This document shows positions 1 through 10,560 of a stretch of DNA of 64,000 bases, piece after piece. How positions within the stretch are numbered: position 1 is the first letter of the stretch; each line of letters begins with the position of its first letter. Below the pieces are notes generated by a model. The model saw only the letters and a program-made list of their open reading frames with translations. It was not told the origin of the DNA and did no database searches. The translations under genes were made by a program, and so were the position numbers. Source of the DNA: Promethearchaeota archaeon (GTDB lineage Archaea; Asgardarchaeota; Lokiarchaeia; Sigyniarchaeales; SOKP01); the NCBI GenBank assembly GCA_029838195.1, contig JALGVJ010000008.1:32001-96000 (forward strand), in the 5' to 3' direction.

Positions 1-596
1 ATGGATGTTTCGACAAGTACATTTGAATATTTCTTACAGCTCTTCCAAATATTTAGATAATCTGCACTCCCTCCTGCATGTCCCATGATGAATGTAAATT
101 CAGGAAAAAAAGACACGATCTTATTAAAGGTGGCCTTCAATCCATTGGGACGAAAACCCTTCTCTTCTAATAAAGGCCAATCAGTATGAATGTAAATAGG
201 CGTGTCTTGTCCTAACACGTCTAAAATACATTTAAAAAAGGGTTTTAAGAAATTTTTGTTAATTTTGAAGCCTTGTTCGGGATGGATTTTGATTCCTTGG
301 ATTTTCATAGTAGCTTTTTGGTTTTCTAATAATTCTTTATTTTTTTCAGCATCTTTGTTAAAATCCATGCATCCAAACGTGATTGCTCGTGCTCCAAATT
401 TTTTTTTTAACGGTTTGATTCTTTCAATAAATTCATTAATGTTATTAAAATCATTTGCCATGACTGTAGGCATCAAGCAGAATTTTCCTATATTAAATCG
501 GTTTAAATAATTATCAAAATCATCTAAATTCGAAGCGTGGCAATGAAAATCAAATAATTCAAAATCGGCAATATCGACAAAAAATTTGCTTTTCAT
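1..596 (-). CDS. Amidohydrolase family protein (TIM-barrel metal-dependent hydrolase), runs off the window edge
   Basis: Not in the ORF track. Manual minus-strand translation from ATG at 596 gives MKSKFFVDIADFELFDFHCH...GIKIHPEQG...IYIHT...IMGHAGG...VLVETS, with the DxHxH, KIHP, H and GH motifs of amidohydrolase_2. Confidence 0.8.
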   Translation of the reverse strand, partial: MKSKFFVDIADFELFDFHCHASNLDDFDNYLNRFNIGKFCLMPTVMANDFNNINEFIERIKPLKKKFGARAITFGCMDFNKDAEKNKELLENQKATMKIQGIKIHPEQGFKINKNFLKPFFKCILDVLGQDTPIYIHTDWPLLEEKGFRPNGLKATFNKIVSFFPEFTFIMGHAGGSADYLNIWKSCKKYSNVLVETS

Positions 597-1013
597 AATC
601 TGATTAAATTAAATGTTTTTAATAAATTTAAAAGATATGAATGGGAAGCAAAAAAGAACATGAGTGAGCTTACCTCTGATTTTCTTTTTTTACCTTCTTT
701 TACCAAAATTTTTGATAACATCCTAATAAAATAAATATAGAATAGTTTTTTTTAATGAATTAAAAAAGATTTTATTGTCAAAAAAAAACGAAAAGAAATC
801 TATAGAATAATTTCGTATATAAAAACATTTTCATGTAAAGTCATGTATCTATATTTTTTTTTAAATCCTTAGATTTGAAAATCTTCAAGTTCTTATTTCA
901 AGATCACTTCAATTAGGGTCATGTTAATGAAACTTGTGGTGAAATTTTTATAAAATAATTCATAGAAACAAATTCAACATTTGATTTTTAAACAAGCTGA
1001 TATCTTAATATTC

Positions 1014-1451
1014 ATGAAGGCGCTAATAATCTATTTTACAATGAATGGGCGGAAGAACAAAAAAAATGGCGGAAATTATTGCTAGTGCTCTTGATCAATA
1101 TGAGGTGAATTTTATTCCGTTTCATGTCAAGGGAAATTCAAGGAAAAAATGAAAATTTTAAATAAGTTCCTGCATGATGATTTTTCCAAGTTTGTAAAGG
1201 AGCTAAGTTCGTTAAATGCTGCTGGACAGGATTTAATTGAAATAATTGAAAGACTTAAATCATCGCTTCAAGGGAAGAAAGCCGCAGTTTTCTCCACTGC
1301 TCGAATCACGGGGGGAAAAGCAAGAGATTACATGAAAAAAAAGGTGGAAGGAGCGGGGGGTGAAGTCATTGGATACATTAATTTCAGAGGATTATTTACC
1401 CTTGGTAAAAACAAGGTTCTCAAATTCGGGAAAGAAACTCGTAGCTTTTAG
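1014..1451 (+). pseudogene. Flavodoxin-like protein, frameshifted
   Basis: MKALIIYFTM-GGRTKKMAEIIASAL is recovered if one copy of the AATG tandem (1040-1047) is removed. A second frameshift lies near 1135. The C-terminal GKKAAVFSTA...GGEVIG is in ORF 1149-1451, and the central segment appears to be missing. Confidence 0.65.
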
Positions 1452-1588
1452 CTCCCAAATATAAATTTTTCATTTCTTTTACGTTTCTAATTTTAACTCA
1501 TGAGTAAAGCAAGAGGGAATTCTTTTTTTACAAAAGAAACATTAGATACTTCTGAAAGTGCTTCTCAATTAGATGTTAAAAAAGAATT

Positions 1589-2428
1589 TTATAAGAACCT
1601 AGTTATATATTCCATGCTTTTTTCTAAAGTCGTGGCACTGAAGAGTTCCACGATTATTGCCCCAGTATAATTGTAAACTTTCATGATATTGAAAATTTCT
1701 TCAAAGTTCACTTTTCCAGTTCCTAATTGAGGATGGTTATCCGTATTTTTATCCGCATTATCAACAAGATGAACATTTCTAATTTTATCATGGAATTTAT
1801 TCCATAAACTATTAGGATCTCCATTATTTGTCCATAGATGAGAGGTGTCATAGGTAAAAAATAAATCAGTACGATTTAATCTTACGAAGAACTCTTCAAT
1901 CTCTTCTATTTTCAAAAAAAATCCGGCAACTTTTGGCATGTTTTCGATACACGTGGTAATTCCTAAATCTTTGATTTCATCTAATAGTTTATCCACAGAA
2001 TTAAGCAATATCTGCTCATGCTTTTCTTTAAAAGGAGGAATGGGAAAATCTGCGGGACCAGGATGAATTGTAAATACTTTAGCACCAATTTCAGCACAAA
2101 TCCTGGCATTTTCAATATATGCATCCACCGTTGCCCGTGAAATCCATTCATTAAAGGAACATAGTGAGACATCCATGAAATTTCCGTGAATTTGTTTTTC
2201 AACCGAATATGAATCGCATACCTCAATAAAAGCTTTTCTCTCTTTTTTTTCCGTTATTTTAGGAGGTTCAAGGATAATTTCACAGGTAGCTAAATTCCAT
2301 TTTTCAGTAAACTCTAAAGCAGATTTGGTGGCTTGTAATAATAGTTCATTCAAATTTTTATAATTACCCTTCACTCCGTGATTAACAAGATATCCTAATG
2401 AGCTAATCCCTAATTTCATGTATTTCAT
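1589..2428 (-). CDS. Sugar phosphate isomerase/epimerase (xylose isomerase-like TIM barrel)
   Basis: TIHPG, CIENMP, YDTSH, VHLVDN, HPQLGTGKVNF and IIVE motifs. Confidence 0.85.
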   Translation of the reverse strand: MKYMKLGISSLGYLVNHGVKGNYKNLNELLLQATKSALEFTEKWNLATCEIILEPPKITEKKERKAFIEVCDSYSVEKQIHGNFMDVSLCSFNEWISRATVDAYIENARICAEIGAKVFTIHPGPADFPIPPFKEKHEQILLNSVDKLLDEIKDLGITTCIENMPKVAGFFLKIEEIEEFFVRLNRTDLFFTYDTSHLWTNNGDPNSLWNKFHDKIRNVHLVDNADKNTDNHPQLGTGKVNFEEIFNIMKVYNYTGAIIVELFSATTLEKSMEYITRFL

Positions 2429-2618
2429 TAATTTTTTATTGTATTAGAGGTTGATGTTAATGGTAAGTCATTCATTTCTTTATATAATTCTTCGAAGACT
2501 TTTTTCAAAAGATTCAAAAAAAAATATTTATTTAGCATGATAATTGATCAATTTCAATGAATTCATGAGAACATCATTATCATTTTAATATTAAAAAAAA
2601 CCATAGTAAATTAATATC

Positions 2619-3755
2619 ATGATACGACCCTTAAAAATTGGCTTGGTTGGAAACGGCCTTAATGCAACCGAACATCGCAGTGAATTAGAATCCCATCCCC
2701 TCCTTAATAATCGAGCGAAAATTATCGCTGGTTTTGATCCAGATCCCGAAGCTCGTGAACGATTGAGTAAAATGGAGGGTGTCAAGGTTGCATCTTCTTT
2801 TGAAGAATTTCTTAGCACGCCTAACATGGAGGCAATTATCATTTCAAGCCCGCCGCAATATCATGCAGAACAAGCCGTAGCTGCATTAGAGGCAGGATTT
2901 CATGTATTTTCCGAAATTCCCATGGCATTAAATAAAAAAGATATTGAAAAAATTATTGATGCTGAAAATGCTTCTGGAAAAGTATATCAATTAGGCGAAA
3001 ATTATTGCTTTTTCCCCGAAGTACTTTATGCGGGTCATTTGGCCTCATCTGGCAAGCTAGGTCCCGTTGTTTATGCTGAAGCAGAGTATTTACATGATGT
3101 TACGTATCGATGGAGGAAAGGATTTCATGGAGATGTGAATACGCCTAGAATTGACTCGTGGTATCAATTATTTGATCCCATGATGTATGCCCATTCAATT
3201 GGTCCCGCACAAGCTGCAATGGGAGGAATAGACAATCCCATGCCTTTTGTAGAAGTTGTAAGCTTCGCAAATGATAATGGAGGTTACCATGGAAAACCTA
3301 TTTGCAGTCCGGCAAAAGCTTTTCAAGTAGCATTATTCAAGACTGAAAAAGAAGCTATTGCAAAATGTGCCAACGCCTACGTGTTTGCAAGAGAGCCCAC
3401 CCGAATCATCATACAAGTTACGGGTGAATTGGGGACCTATGAATGTTATGAATTAAGTCGACCTGGGAGATTGTTTTTAGCGGATGACCACGTGATCACC
3501 CGCAGCCGTCATCGAAAAGGCAAAACCAAGAAAATTGACGAGGAGCAATTATCTGATGTCATTCCTATAATCAAAGGGCTGTATTGGGGAGCAAATGCGC
3601 GAATCTTGCATGATTGGTTAGAAGCCATTGAAAAAAATAAAATTCCTAAATTGCACGCTAAAATTGGAGCCAATTTTTGCATGGCAGGCATCGCAGCCTC
3701 GGAATCTGCACGTAAAGGCGGAAAACTCGTGAAAATTAAAACATTTACCGACTAA
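2619..3755 (+). CDS. Gfo/Idh/MocA family oxidoreductase
   Basis: KIGLVGNG Rossmann start, SSPPQYHAEQAVAALEAG.HVFSEIPMA, and GENY. Confidence 0.88.
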   Translation: MIRPLKIGLVGNGLNATEHRSELESHPLLNNRAKIIAGFDPDPEARERLSKMEGVKVASSFEEFLSTPNMEAIIISSPPQYHAEQAVAALEAGFHVFSEIPMALNKKDIEKIIDAENASGKVYQLGENYCFFPEVLYAGHLASSGKLGPVVYAEAEYLHDVTYRWRKGFHGDVNTPRIDSWYQLFDPMMYAHSIGPAQAAMGGIDNPMPFVEVVSFANDNGGYHGKPICSPAKAFQVALFKTEKEAIAKCANAYVFAREPTRIIIQVTGELGTYECYELSRPGRLFLADDHVITRSRHRKGKTKKIDEEQLSDVIPIIKGLYWGANARILHDWLEAIEKNKIPKLHAKIGANFCMAGIAASESARKGGKLVKIKTFTD

Positions 3756-4032
3756 GCATCTTTTAGCAATTTTTATCTTTTTAGCTAACCAAAAAAAATA
3801 TCCATGTAATCCTTTTTCCAAACAAGCAATTTTTTCCAAAAACTTTAGTTCTCATGAAATACCATTAAATTAGCTTTTTCAGAGTTAAATTTACTCTGAT
3901 AACCCTCAATTTTAAACTACATGTTTTCACCCTTTCGAATGAAATTGCATAATATTTAATACGAACATTTACACATCATAATTTAACAACAAAGAAATTC
4001 ATCTTAAAATTTTAATAAACGGTTTTTTAATC

Positions 4033-5802
4033 ATGAACGAAGTCCTTAATTGGCACGTGCCCGACGACAGACCATGGTTCAATTCAGGGCTATGGCAAGA
4101 AGGCGTGCCCAAACATCCCAAATTTCCCGTGATAAGTCTCGGAGATTGGTTTGACCAAAAAACGGAGGAATTTGGACGACAAAAATATTCGTGGTTTCTG
4201 AAAACTACCATGAATTATAGGGTCCTAAGAAAACACGTGGACACGCTGACCACTTCTCTCGCTAAAAAAGGCATTAAAAAAGGAGATGTGGTGGCTATCT
4301 TGCTTCCTAATAGCTTCCAATTTACAATCTCGTATTTCGCTACGGTAAAACTCGGTGCCATTGTTATACCGATAAATCCTACCTATAAACCCTTAGAAAT
4401 TTTAAACGTGCTTAAGCAGACCAAACCAAAAGCCCTTATCTGCATGGACGCCATGTATGGCTTGATTAAACCCATTTCTGACCACTATAAGTTTGATTTT
4501 ATAATTTCCACAAACATTGCGGATTTAGCCGCTATTCCGCCAGCAATTAAAGAACAATTAATTAAAGAAGGCACGATTCCTAGTGGAGAAGTTCCTGGAG
4601 CTCTGAGCTTCTTGGAAATGGCTCCTAAAAGGGGAGAAATCAATATCCCCAAGGTCGAAATAGACCCTATTAATGATCCCGCTGTTTATTTAATGACAGG
4701 AGGCACAACCGGAGTTCCGAAAGCTGCAATCATCACGCATTATAATTGTGTTTGTAATGCTAAACAAACCTTCTCTTGGATGCCGGATGCTACTCATCCC
4801 ATGGCTTGTATCGGAATCCTCCCCATGTTTCATGCCTTCGGAATGACCATTGTTCAGAACGTGGTAATAGAAGGAGGAGATTTTAATATTTTATTTCCAA
4901 GACCCCCTTCTTCTTTAAAAGAAGTAGTGGATACCATCTTAGAAGTGGGTCCCGAGGGAGGGACGATTTTACCTGGCGTTGAAAATCTTTTCATTGGACT
5001 AACCAGATATCTGGAAGAAAATCCCGAACCTCGCTTAAAAGGAATGTTCCGTCTCTGCGTGAGCGGAGCTGGTCCATTGCATGGGCCTGTCAAAGAAAAA
5101 TTTGAGGCAGTAAGTGGAGGAAAATTAGTGGAAGCTTATGGTTTGACAGAATGCACAACTGCAGTTAGTGCTGGTCCATTTAATGGGAAAGACGAAACAG
5201 GAACGTTAGGATTACCTTTTCCGGGGACCGATTGGATGATTTTCCACATGGAAGATTTTGATAAAGGTCCTCTTAATGGATACGGGCCAGATTTTACAGG
5301 AGAAATTTGCGTGAGTGGACCTCAAGTATTTAAAGGGTATTTGAATAACCCGGAGGCTACAGCAGAAACTTTAAGAGAGTGTGATGGAAAAATTTGGTGT
5401 TTAACGGGCGATATCGGCTACATGGACGCAAAAGGGCAAATAGTCATTCGAGATCGGAAGAAGCAAATGATTAAATATAAAGGCTACTCGGTGTTTCCTA
5501 AGGAAGTTGAGGAATTGATTGGCACCCATCCTGATGTCCTTGAAGTAGCCGTAGCTGGGTTGCCGGATCCTGAAACTGGAGAAATGGTCAAGGCCTGGGT
5601 TCAAATTAAAGCAGAAGCAAAAGGACGATTGACACCTGAGAAGTTGATCGAATGGTGTAAAGTAAATATCACCCACTATAAATGTCCAAAAGAAATAGAA
5701 ATCATAGAAGAAATTCCAAAATCCCTGGTAGGAAAGGTTCAGAGGAGACAGTTGCAAATAAATGATCCAAAATGGAAAGCAAAGCATGGAGAAACTTCAT
5801 GA
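4033..5802 (+). CDS. Long-chain fatty acid--CoA ligase (AMP-binding)
   Basis: MTGGTTGVPKAA, EAYGLTE, TGDIG and SLVGKVQRR motifs. Confidence 0.92.
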   Translation: MNEVLNWHVPDDRPWFNSGLWQEGVPKHPKFPVISLGDWFDQKTEEFGRQKYSWFLKTTMNYRVLRKHVDTLTTSLAKKGIKKGDVVAILLPNSFQFTISYFATVKLGAIVIPINPTYKPLEILNVLKQTKPKALICMDAMYGLIKPISDHYKFDFIISTNIADLAAIPPAIKEQLIKEGTIPSGEVPGALSFLEMAPKRGEINIPKVEIDPINDPAVYLMTGGTTGVPKAAIITHYNCVCNAKQTFSWMPDATHPMACIGILPMFHAFGMTIVQNVVIEGGDFNILFPRPPSSLKEVVDTILEVGPEGGTILPGVENLFIGLTRYLEENPEPRLKGMFRLCVSGAGPLHGPVKEKFEAVSGGKLVEAYGLTECTTAVSAGPFNGKDETGTLGLPFPGTDWMIFHMEDFDKGPLNGYGPDFTGEICVSGPQVFKGYLNNPEATAETLRECDGKIWCLTGDIGYMDAKGQIVIRDRKKQMIKYKGYSVFPKEVEELIGTHPDVLEVAVAGLPDPETGEMVKAWVQIKAEAKGRLTPEKLIEWCKVNITHYKCPKEIEIIEEIPKSLVGKVQRRQLQINDPKWKAKHGETS

Positions 5803-6100
5803 AAGAAAAGATATTTACTTTCTAACTCATGGTTTCCAGAAAGATCGAAAATAAATTTTGAATTTTTTCCTATTTCATTCATATTTTTTTTTCCCTGCTT
5901 TTTTCCGTCTTTTCCTTAGTCGACATTTTTCAATTTTGGTTTCTCAATTTATTTGAATATTAAGGTGAAGGCAAAAACATTGAAAATTTTCAAGAGATCA
6001 TGATTATCAAGAAATTTTATCAAGGGGTCAAAGGAAGGTGAAAAATATGTCATGTTCTCAACAATTAAATTAAAAATAATGAAATATTTTTCAACTAAAT

Positions 6101-7585
6101 ATGTCTACTGGAATTACCCATTTTCTCCATGAGATTTTAAATCCGAAAAGCGTGGCTATATATGGTGCTAATAATTCGGGAGCGTCGTTAGCTTGCATCC
6201 AGTTGATGAACCTCATTATTTCTGATTATCCGGGAAAAATTTATCCTATTCATTTGAAATTAGATTCGATAATGGGATTTCCAGCTTATAGAACCTTGGA
6301 TGAGGTTCCTGAAGTTCCCGATGTCGTCATCATTGTCTTGCCCCCCAGAATAGTTCCACAAATCTTTAAGGAATGTGCTGAAAAAGGTGTCAAATATATC
6401 ATCTTGATATCGGGAGGATTCAGAGAATTAACAAGCGACCGAAAGAATGACTTGACGGAACAAATAATTAAAATTGCTAAAGATCATGGCATTCGTTTCA
6501 TAGGGCCGAATTGTCTTGGCGTGTTCAATAATTGGATAACTGAAGAAGAGGGTAAAGCTTTTAACATATCCATTTGGGAGCGGCTTAAAAGAAATAAATT
6601 TTCTATTGCATCTCAGAGTGGCACGCTTTCAAGCCACATCTTTTTTGATCCTGAAAACTTGGATTTGGGATTGGGAAAAAGCATATCGGTGGGAAATGAG
6701 GCAAATATCGATATTGTTGATTGCTTGGAGTATTTCAAGGATGATGAGCAAACCAAAGTGATTGGATTATACATCGAAGAAATAAAACGCGGAAGAAAAT
6801 TTCTCGAATTAGCCAAGGAAATTACTCCTAAGAAACCGGTCATCGCGATTTATGGCGGGGGCTCCGAAGCAGGAAATCGCGCTTTAACCAGTCACACGGG
6901 TTCAATGGCTGGAGATAAGAGAATTTATAAAGCAGTCTTTAAAGAAACGGGAATTATTGAAACCTCTAAAGTTCAAGAATTTTTAGACCTTGCTCTGGCT
7001 TTAACTAAAGGATATCTTCCAAGAGGCAAGCGAATAGGCATAATAACCAACTCAGGTGGTCCCGGCACAATGTTGGCAAATACTGCTGAATCAGAGGGGT
7101 TAATCGTTCCGGAATTATCAGAACAATTACAGCAAGAATTAAAAGAAATGCTTCCTCCAATCGCCAGCTTTAAAAATCCTATTGATGTGACATTTGATAT
7201 GAATTTGCCCTATTATTATATTACATTACCCGAAATTCTCATGAAATCAGGAGAAGTAGATGTTTTAATTCAATATGGCGTGGTTGGCTTCCAAGATGTC
7301 ATGGATAAATATTTGGAACACGAAAGGATTGCCCAACATGCGGAATTTAAAAAACAAGATCCCGAAAAAAGTGATGAATTGGCCAAATCCCTGTTACAAC
7401 CCACGCTAAAAAATGCAGAGAAATATTCAATTCCCATCTTTTATATCAGCCCCCAAAATTTTAATAGTCCATGGTCAAGTCGATTGAGACAAAATGGAGC
7501 GATTTTATTTAAATTATGGGATCGCCCCATTCCTTTAATAAAAAAATTATGCGAATATTCAGAATTCAAACAAACTCATGCATGA
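6101..7585 (+). CDS. Acyl-CoA synthetase (NDP-forming), alpha subunit
   Basis: NPKSVAIYGA, GPNCLG, SQSG, SVGNEA, SHTGSMAG (phospho-His), TNSGGPG and NPIDVT. Confidence 0.9.
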   Translation: MSTGITHFLHEILNPKSVAIYGANNSGASLACIQLMNLIISDYPGKIYPIHLKLDSIMGFPAYRTLDEVPEVPDVVIIVLPPRIVPQIFKECAEKGVKYIILISGGFRELTSDRKNDLTEQIIKIAKDHGIRFIGPNCLGVFNNWITEEEGKAFNISIWERLKRNKFSIASQSGTLSSHIFFDPENLDLGLGKSISVGNEANIDIVDCLEYFKDDEQTKVIGLYIEEIKRGRKFLELAKEITPKKPVIAIYGGGSEAGNRALTSHTGSMAGDKRIYKAVFKETGIIETSKVQEFLDLALALTKGYLPRGKRIGIITNSGGPGTMLANTAESEGLIVPELSEQLQQELKEMLPPIASFKNPIDVTFDMNLPYYYITLPEILMKSGEVDVLIQYGVVGFQDVMDKYLEHERIAQHAEFKKQDPEKSDELAKSLLQPTLKNAEKYSIPIFYISPQNFNSPWSSRLRQNGAILFKLWDRPIPLIKKLCEYSEFKQTHA

Positions 7586-7653
7586 AATTAATAATTATTA
7601 GTAATAAATTTAAAACAATTAAAAGTTAAATTGTAATACAAGGAAGTAGAACA

Positions 7654-8505
7654 ATGGAAAAATTTAAGATTTTTGATGCGCACATGCATTCTAACGGCGT
7701 CTGGCTGAAAGAAGAGAAAGATCTGCTCGCCTATATGGATAAATATCATGTAGAAAAAGCAATTATTACAACCATTAATCGAACGAAATATTATGAAAAA
7801 AAGGAAAAAGGCTCTATTTCAAAACAGGATGAGTCGGAATCTAATCAATTAGAAAAATTCCTAAAAATGGTTCCAAAAGGGCAAATCCCTCATGATGATG
7901 TCATTGAGATTGCGAAAAAAGCGCCACATAGAATTTATAAATTTTTCTGGTTTAACCCGACAATGAATCCCGAGCTCGAAGCAGAAAGTTATGACATTTT
8001 AGAACAGCATTTTAAAGAAGGCTTTCGGGGGGTTAAAATCCATCCCGCATTCAATATCATGCGCATCCCAAAAGATCTAATGAAATTAGCTTCTTTCATG
8101 CAAGAACAAGATAAAGACCTCATCCTTTTCATTCATACCATGCCCAAGACAGGATACTTTAATGGCGTCTCATGTAAAAACGTGGCAAAATTAGCAGAGA
8201 TGTTTCCGGACCTAAAAATCATCCTTGGCCATTCTGCATATGCCATGGAATTCGCGGTAGAAGCAGGAATGGTGCTAAAAAAATATTCTAATATCTATTT
8301 TGAAACCTCTTGTTCGGTTTCCTTTGGAATATTCAATATAATTAAAACAGCTGGCCACGAACGCATTCTCTTTGGCTCTGATTCTCCTACAGCTTCCCAC
8401 TTGCCCATCGAAATTCAAAAAATAACGACCTTGCCCAAAATTTCTGAAGACATTAAAAAAGATATTTTATATTATAATGTTCTTCGATTATTAAATGAGT
8501 ATTAA
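7654..8505 (+). CDS. Amidohydrolase family protein
   Basis: DAHMH, GVKIHP, IILGH, YFETS and ILFGSDSP. Confidence 0.88.
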   Translation: MEKFKIFDAHMHSNGVWLKEEKDLLAYMDKYHVEKAIITTINRTKYYEKKEKGSISKQDESESNQLEKFLKMVPKGQIPHDDVIEIAKKAPHRIYKFFWFNPTMNPELEAESYDILEQHFKEGFRGVKIHPAFNIMRIPKDLMKLASFMQEQDKDLILFIHTMPKTGYFNGVSCKNVAKLAEMFPDLKIILGHSAYAMEFAVEAGMVLKKYSNIYFETSCSVSFGIFNIIKTAGHERILFGSDSPTASHLPIEIQKITTLPKISEDIKKDILYYNVLRLLNEY

Positions 8506-8617
8506 ATTAATTTAATACTAAATTTTTCTCAAGAAATAGTTATAGTTATGTGATTTTTACATTACTATTATTAAATGCCTAAAAAAATAGCCAGGAAAAA
8601 TTAAAGGTTTAAGAAAA

Positions 8618-8893
8618 TTACTCTTTTTTTATATTTTTCTGGATAAAATCTTTTACTTTAGTATTAATTACTTTAACTTTCTCTAAAGGCGCTTTTGATA
8701 TGGAAATTTTCTTTTTATTTTTTTCAGAATGGTTTTTTATTAATCTTTCAATTCCTACTTTTTTTTCTAACCATACTTTCTCAAAAAAAGAGTCTAATCC
8801 AGACCATTTTTTTAATTCATGAGCTCTATTAATTCCTTCCATAAACCAAATTTTTGCTATTTCTTTAATTTCATTTTCTTTCATTTTTATCAT
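8618..8893 (-). CDS. Hypothetical small basic protein
   Basis: 91-aa ORF in an extremely AT-rich stretch, in tandem with 9011-9301. No motif recognised. Confidence 0.5.
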   Translation of the reverse strand: MIKMKENEIKEIAKIWFMEGINRAHELKKWSGLDSFFEKVWLEKKVGIERLIKNHSEKNKKKISISKAPLEKVKVINTKVKDFIQKNIKKE

Positions 8894-9010
8894 TTTTCCT
8901 AAGTTTTTTTTTATCTTATAAAGTAAGAAATATAAAAATTTTTATATTTTTTTAAGAAATCCTCTCTCTTTTTGAAATATGCCTGATTTTAGCATTTAAG
9001 TTATAGATGA

Positions 9011-9301
9011 TTAATCTATTTTTTTTAATTTTAACTCTATATCTTCTTTAATCTCATTAATTTTAGATTTCATCATTGTAAAAAATCGATTTCCAGATGT
9101 CTTAAGTATTTCTTTATAATTATTTAAAGTTTTTGATTTTAAATGTTCTTTTAAGTCTTGTAAGTTAAAATCAATGGGTAGATTTTCAATGCCACACCGT
9201 TCGCAATAGATTGACTCATTATTCATCAGTTTCTTTATTAATTCTGGTGGAATTCTCGCACCACATTCCTTACAATTAATTATTATATCTTTCATTATCA
9301 T
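9011..9301 (-). CDS. Small zinc-ribbon protein
   Basis: CKECG...CERCG pair followed by a Lys-rich helical tail. Confidence 0.6.
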   Translation of the reverse strand: MIMKDIIINCKECGARIPPELIKKLMNNESIYCERCGIENLPIDFNLQDLKEHLKSKTLNNYKEILKTSGNRFFTMMKSKINEIKEDIELKLKKID

Positions 9302-9508
9302 TCTTTCATTTAATTATTAATTGAAAGGGAGAAAAAAATGAATAATATTTAATTTGGATTTTAAATAACCATCAATAAGTTTAAAACTATTTTATTTTTA
9401 AAATGCACGATGAAATTAAATAATTATTAAATTTTCTCTCCAAGTCTTCCAATATTTTTGAAAAAATATAAATCCTCTCAATTTTTAAAAAAAAATTCTT
9501 TTATAAAA

Positions 9509-10354
9509 ATGAACGAATTTTTTGCAAATATTAATGGGATTAAAATTTGTTATGAACTTCATGGTAAGAAAGAAAATTTTCCACTGATCTGTGTTCATGG
9601 ATTTGGAGGAAAAAAAGAAACATGGATTGCTCAGATTCCCATGTTATCAAAACATTTTCAAGTAATAATTTTTGATCAAAGAAGTGCTGGCAAATCTGAT
9701 CGTCCAGATGAACCTTTTACGATGGAAACGCTCGCAGATGATATTGCTGGTCTCATGGATTATCTCCACATTTCTAAAGCTCATTTTCTTGGTTTTTCTT
9801 TAGGAGGGATGATCATCCAAAATTTTGCCTTAAAATATCCGACTCGGATTGAAAAAATAGTGTTAATAAATACCAGCCCCGGCATTCCAAGAAAGGGAGG
9901 CATTGAATTGTTTAGAAAAAATCAGCTCGAACGCATTGAAGTAATTAAAAAAGATCCCGAACAAGTGCTATGGAATGATATTAAAAGAGGGTTTCACGTT
10001 AGCTTCCGTAAAAAAATGAAAGCAGATCCCAAAATGAAATTCCATGGTATCTGGTCAGTAGAAGATTTGATTAATTATATTAAAACTAATCCAAGCACGG
10101 AAAAAGATGTGGAAAATCAAATTCATGCGCTTAAATCTCATGATACATGGAAGCATCTTCATGAAATTACTCATGAAACCTTGTTGATTGGAGCCTCCCA
10201 CGATAAGCTTACTCCTCTTTCCGTAATGGAACAAATCCATGAAAAACTGCCTAACGGCAAGCTTCATGTAATCCAAAAGGCAGGTCATGAAGTGCATCGC
10301 TCAAGGGCTCCTGAAGTGAATGAATTAATTATTAAGTTTCTTCTTAAAAGGTAA
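9509..10354 (+). CDS. Alpha/beta hydrolase
   Basis: CVHGFGG oxyanion motif, DQRSAGKS, GFSLGG nucleophile, HDKLTP and AGHEV. The ATG at 9509 is preferred over the TTG at 9458. Confidence 0.9.
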   Translation: MNEFFANINGIKICYELHGKKENFPLICVHGFGGKKETWIAQIPMLSKHFQVIIFDQRSAGKSDRPDEPFTMETLADDIAGLMDYLHISKAHFLGFSLGGMIIQNFALKYPTRIEKIVLINTSPGIPRKGGIELFRKNQLERIEVIKKDPEQVLWNDIKRGFHVSFRKKMKADPKMKFHGIWSVEDLINYIKTNPSTEKDVENQIHALKSHDTWKHLHEITHETLLIGASHDKLTPLSVMEQIHEKLPNGKLHVIQKAGHEVHRSRAPEVNELIIKFLLKR

Positions 10355-10560
10355 AATTTAATTCGAAAGTTACCCCCTTTTAATTTTTTTTTTAAGTTAA
10401 CCAATTTTTTAATTCTTCAACTTTCCCCTTCAATGTTCGTTCATTTAAGATAGGACCCGCTAATGAAATAAGTTTTTATTTTGAAATGAATAAAATTAAT
10501 TACAATAAATAAATTTAAAATTATTCTAATAAAATATAAAAAAGATATACGAGATCGAGA

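Noticed and set aside
202-510. ORF-track 102-aa plus-strand ORF, and similar short antisense ORFs nested in long genes
   Set aside because: These are shadow frames opposite well-supported genes (here the minus-strand amidohydrolase at 1-596) and carry no motifs.
1014-1451. A second BHB intron explaining the broken flavodoxin gene
   Set aside because: The lesions are a 4-nt duplication, a 1-nt shift and a probable deletion. No pairing flanks or intron-sized insertion are present.
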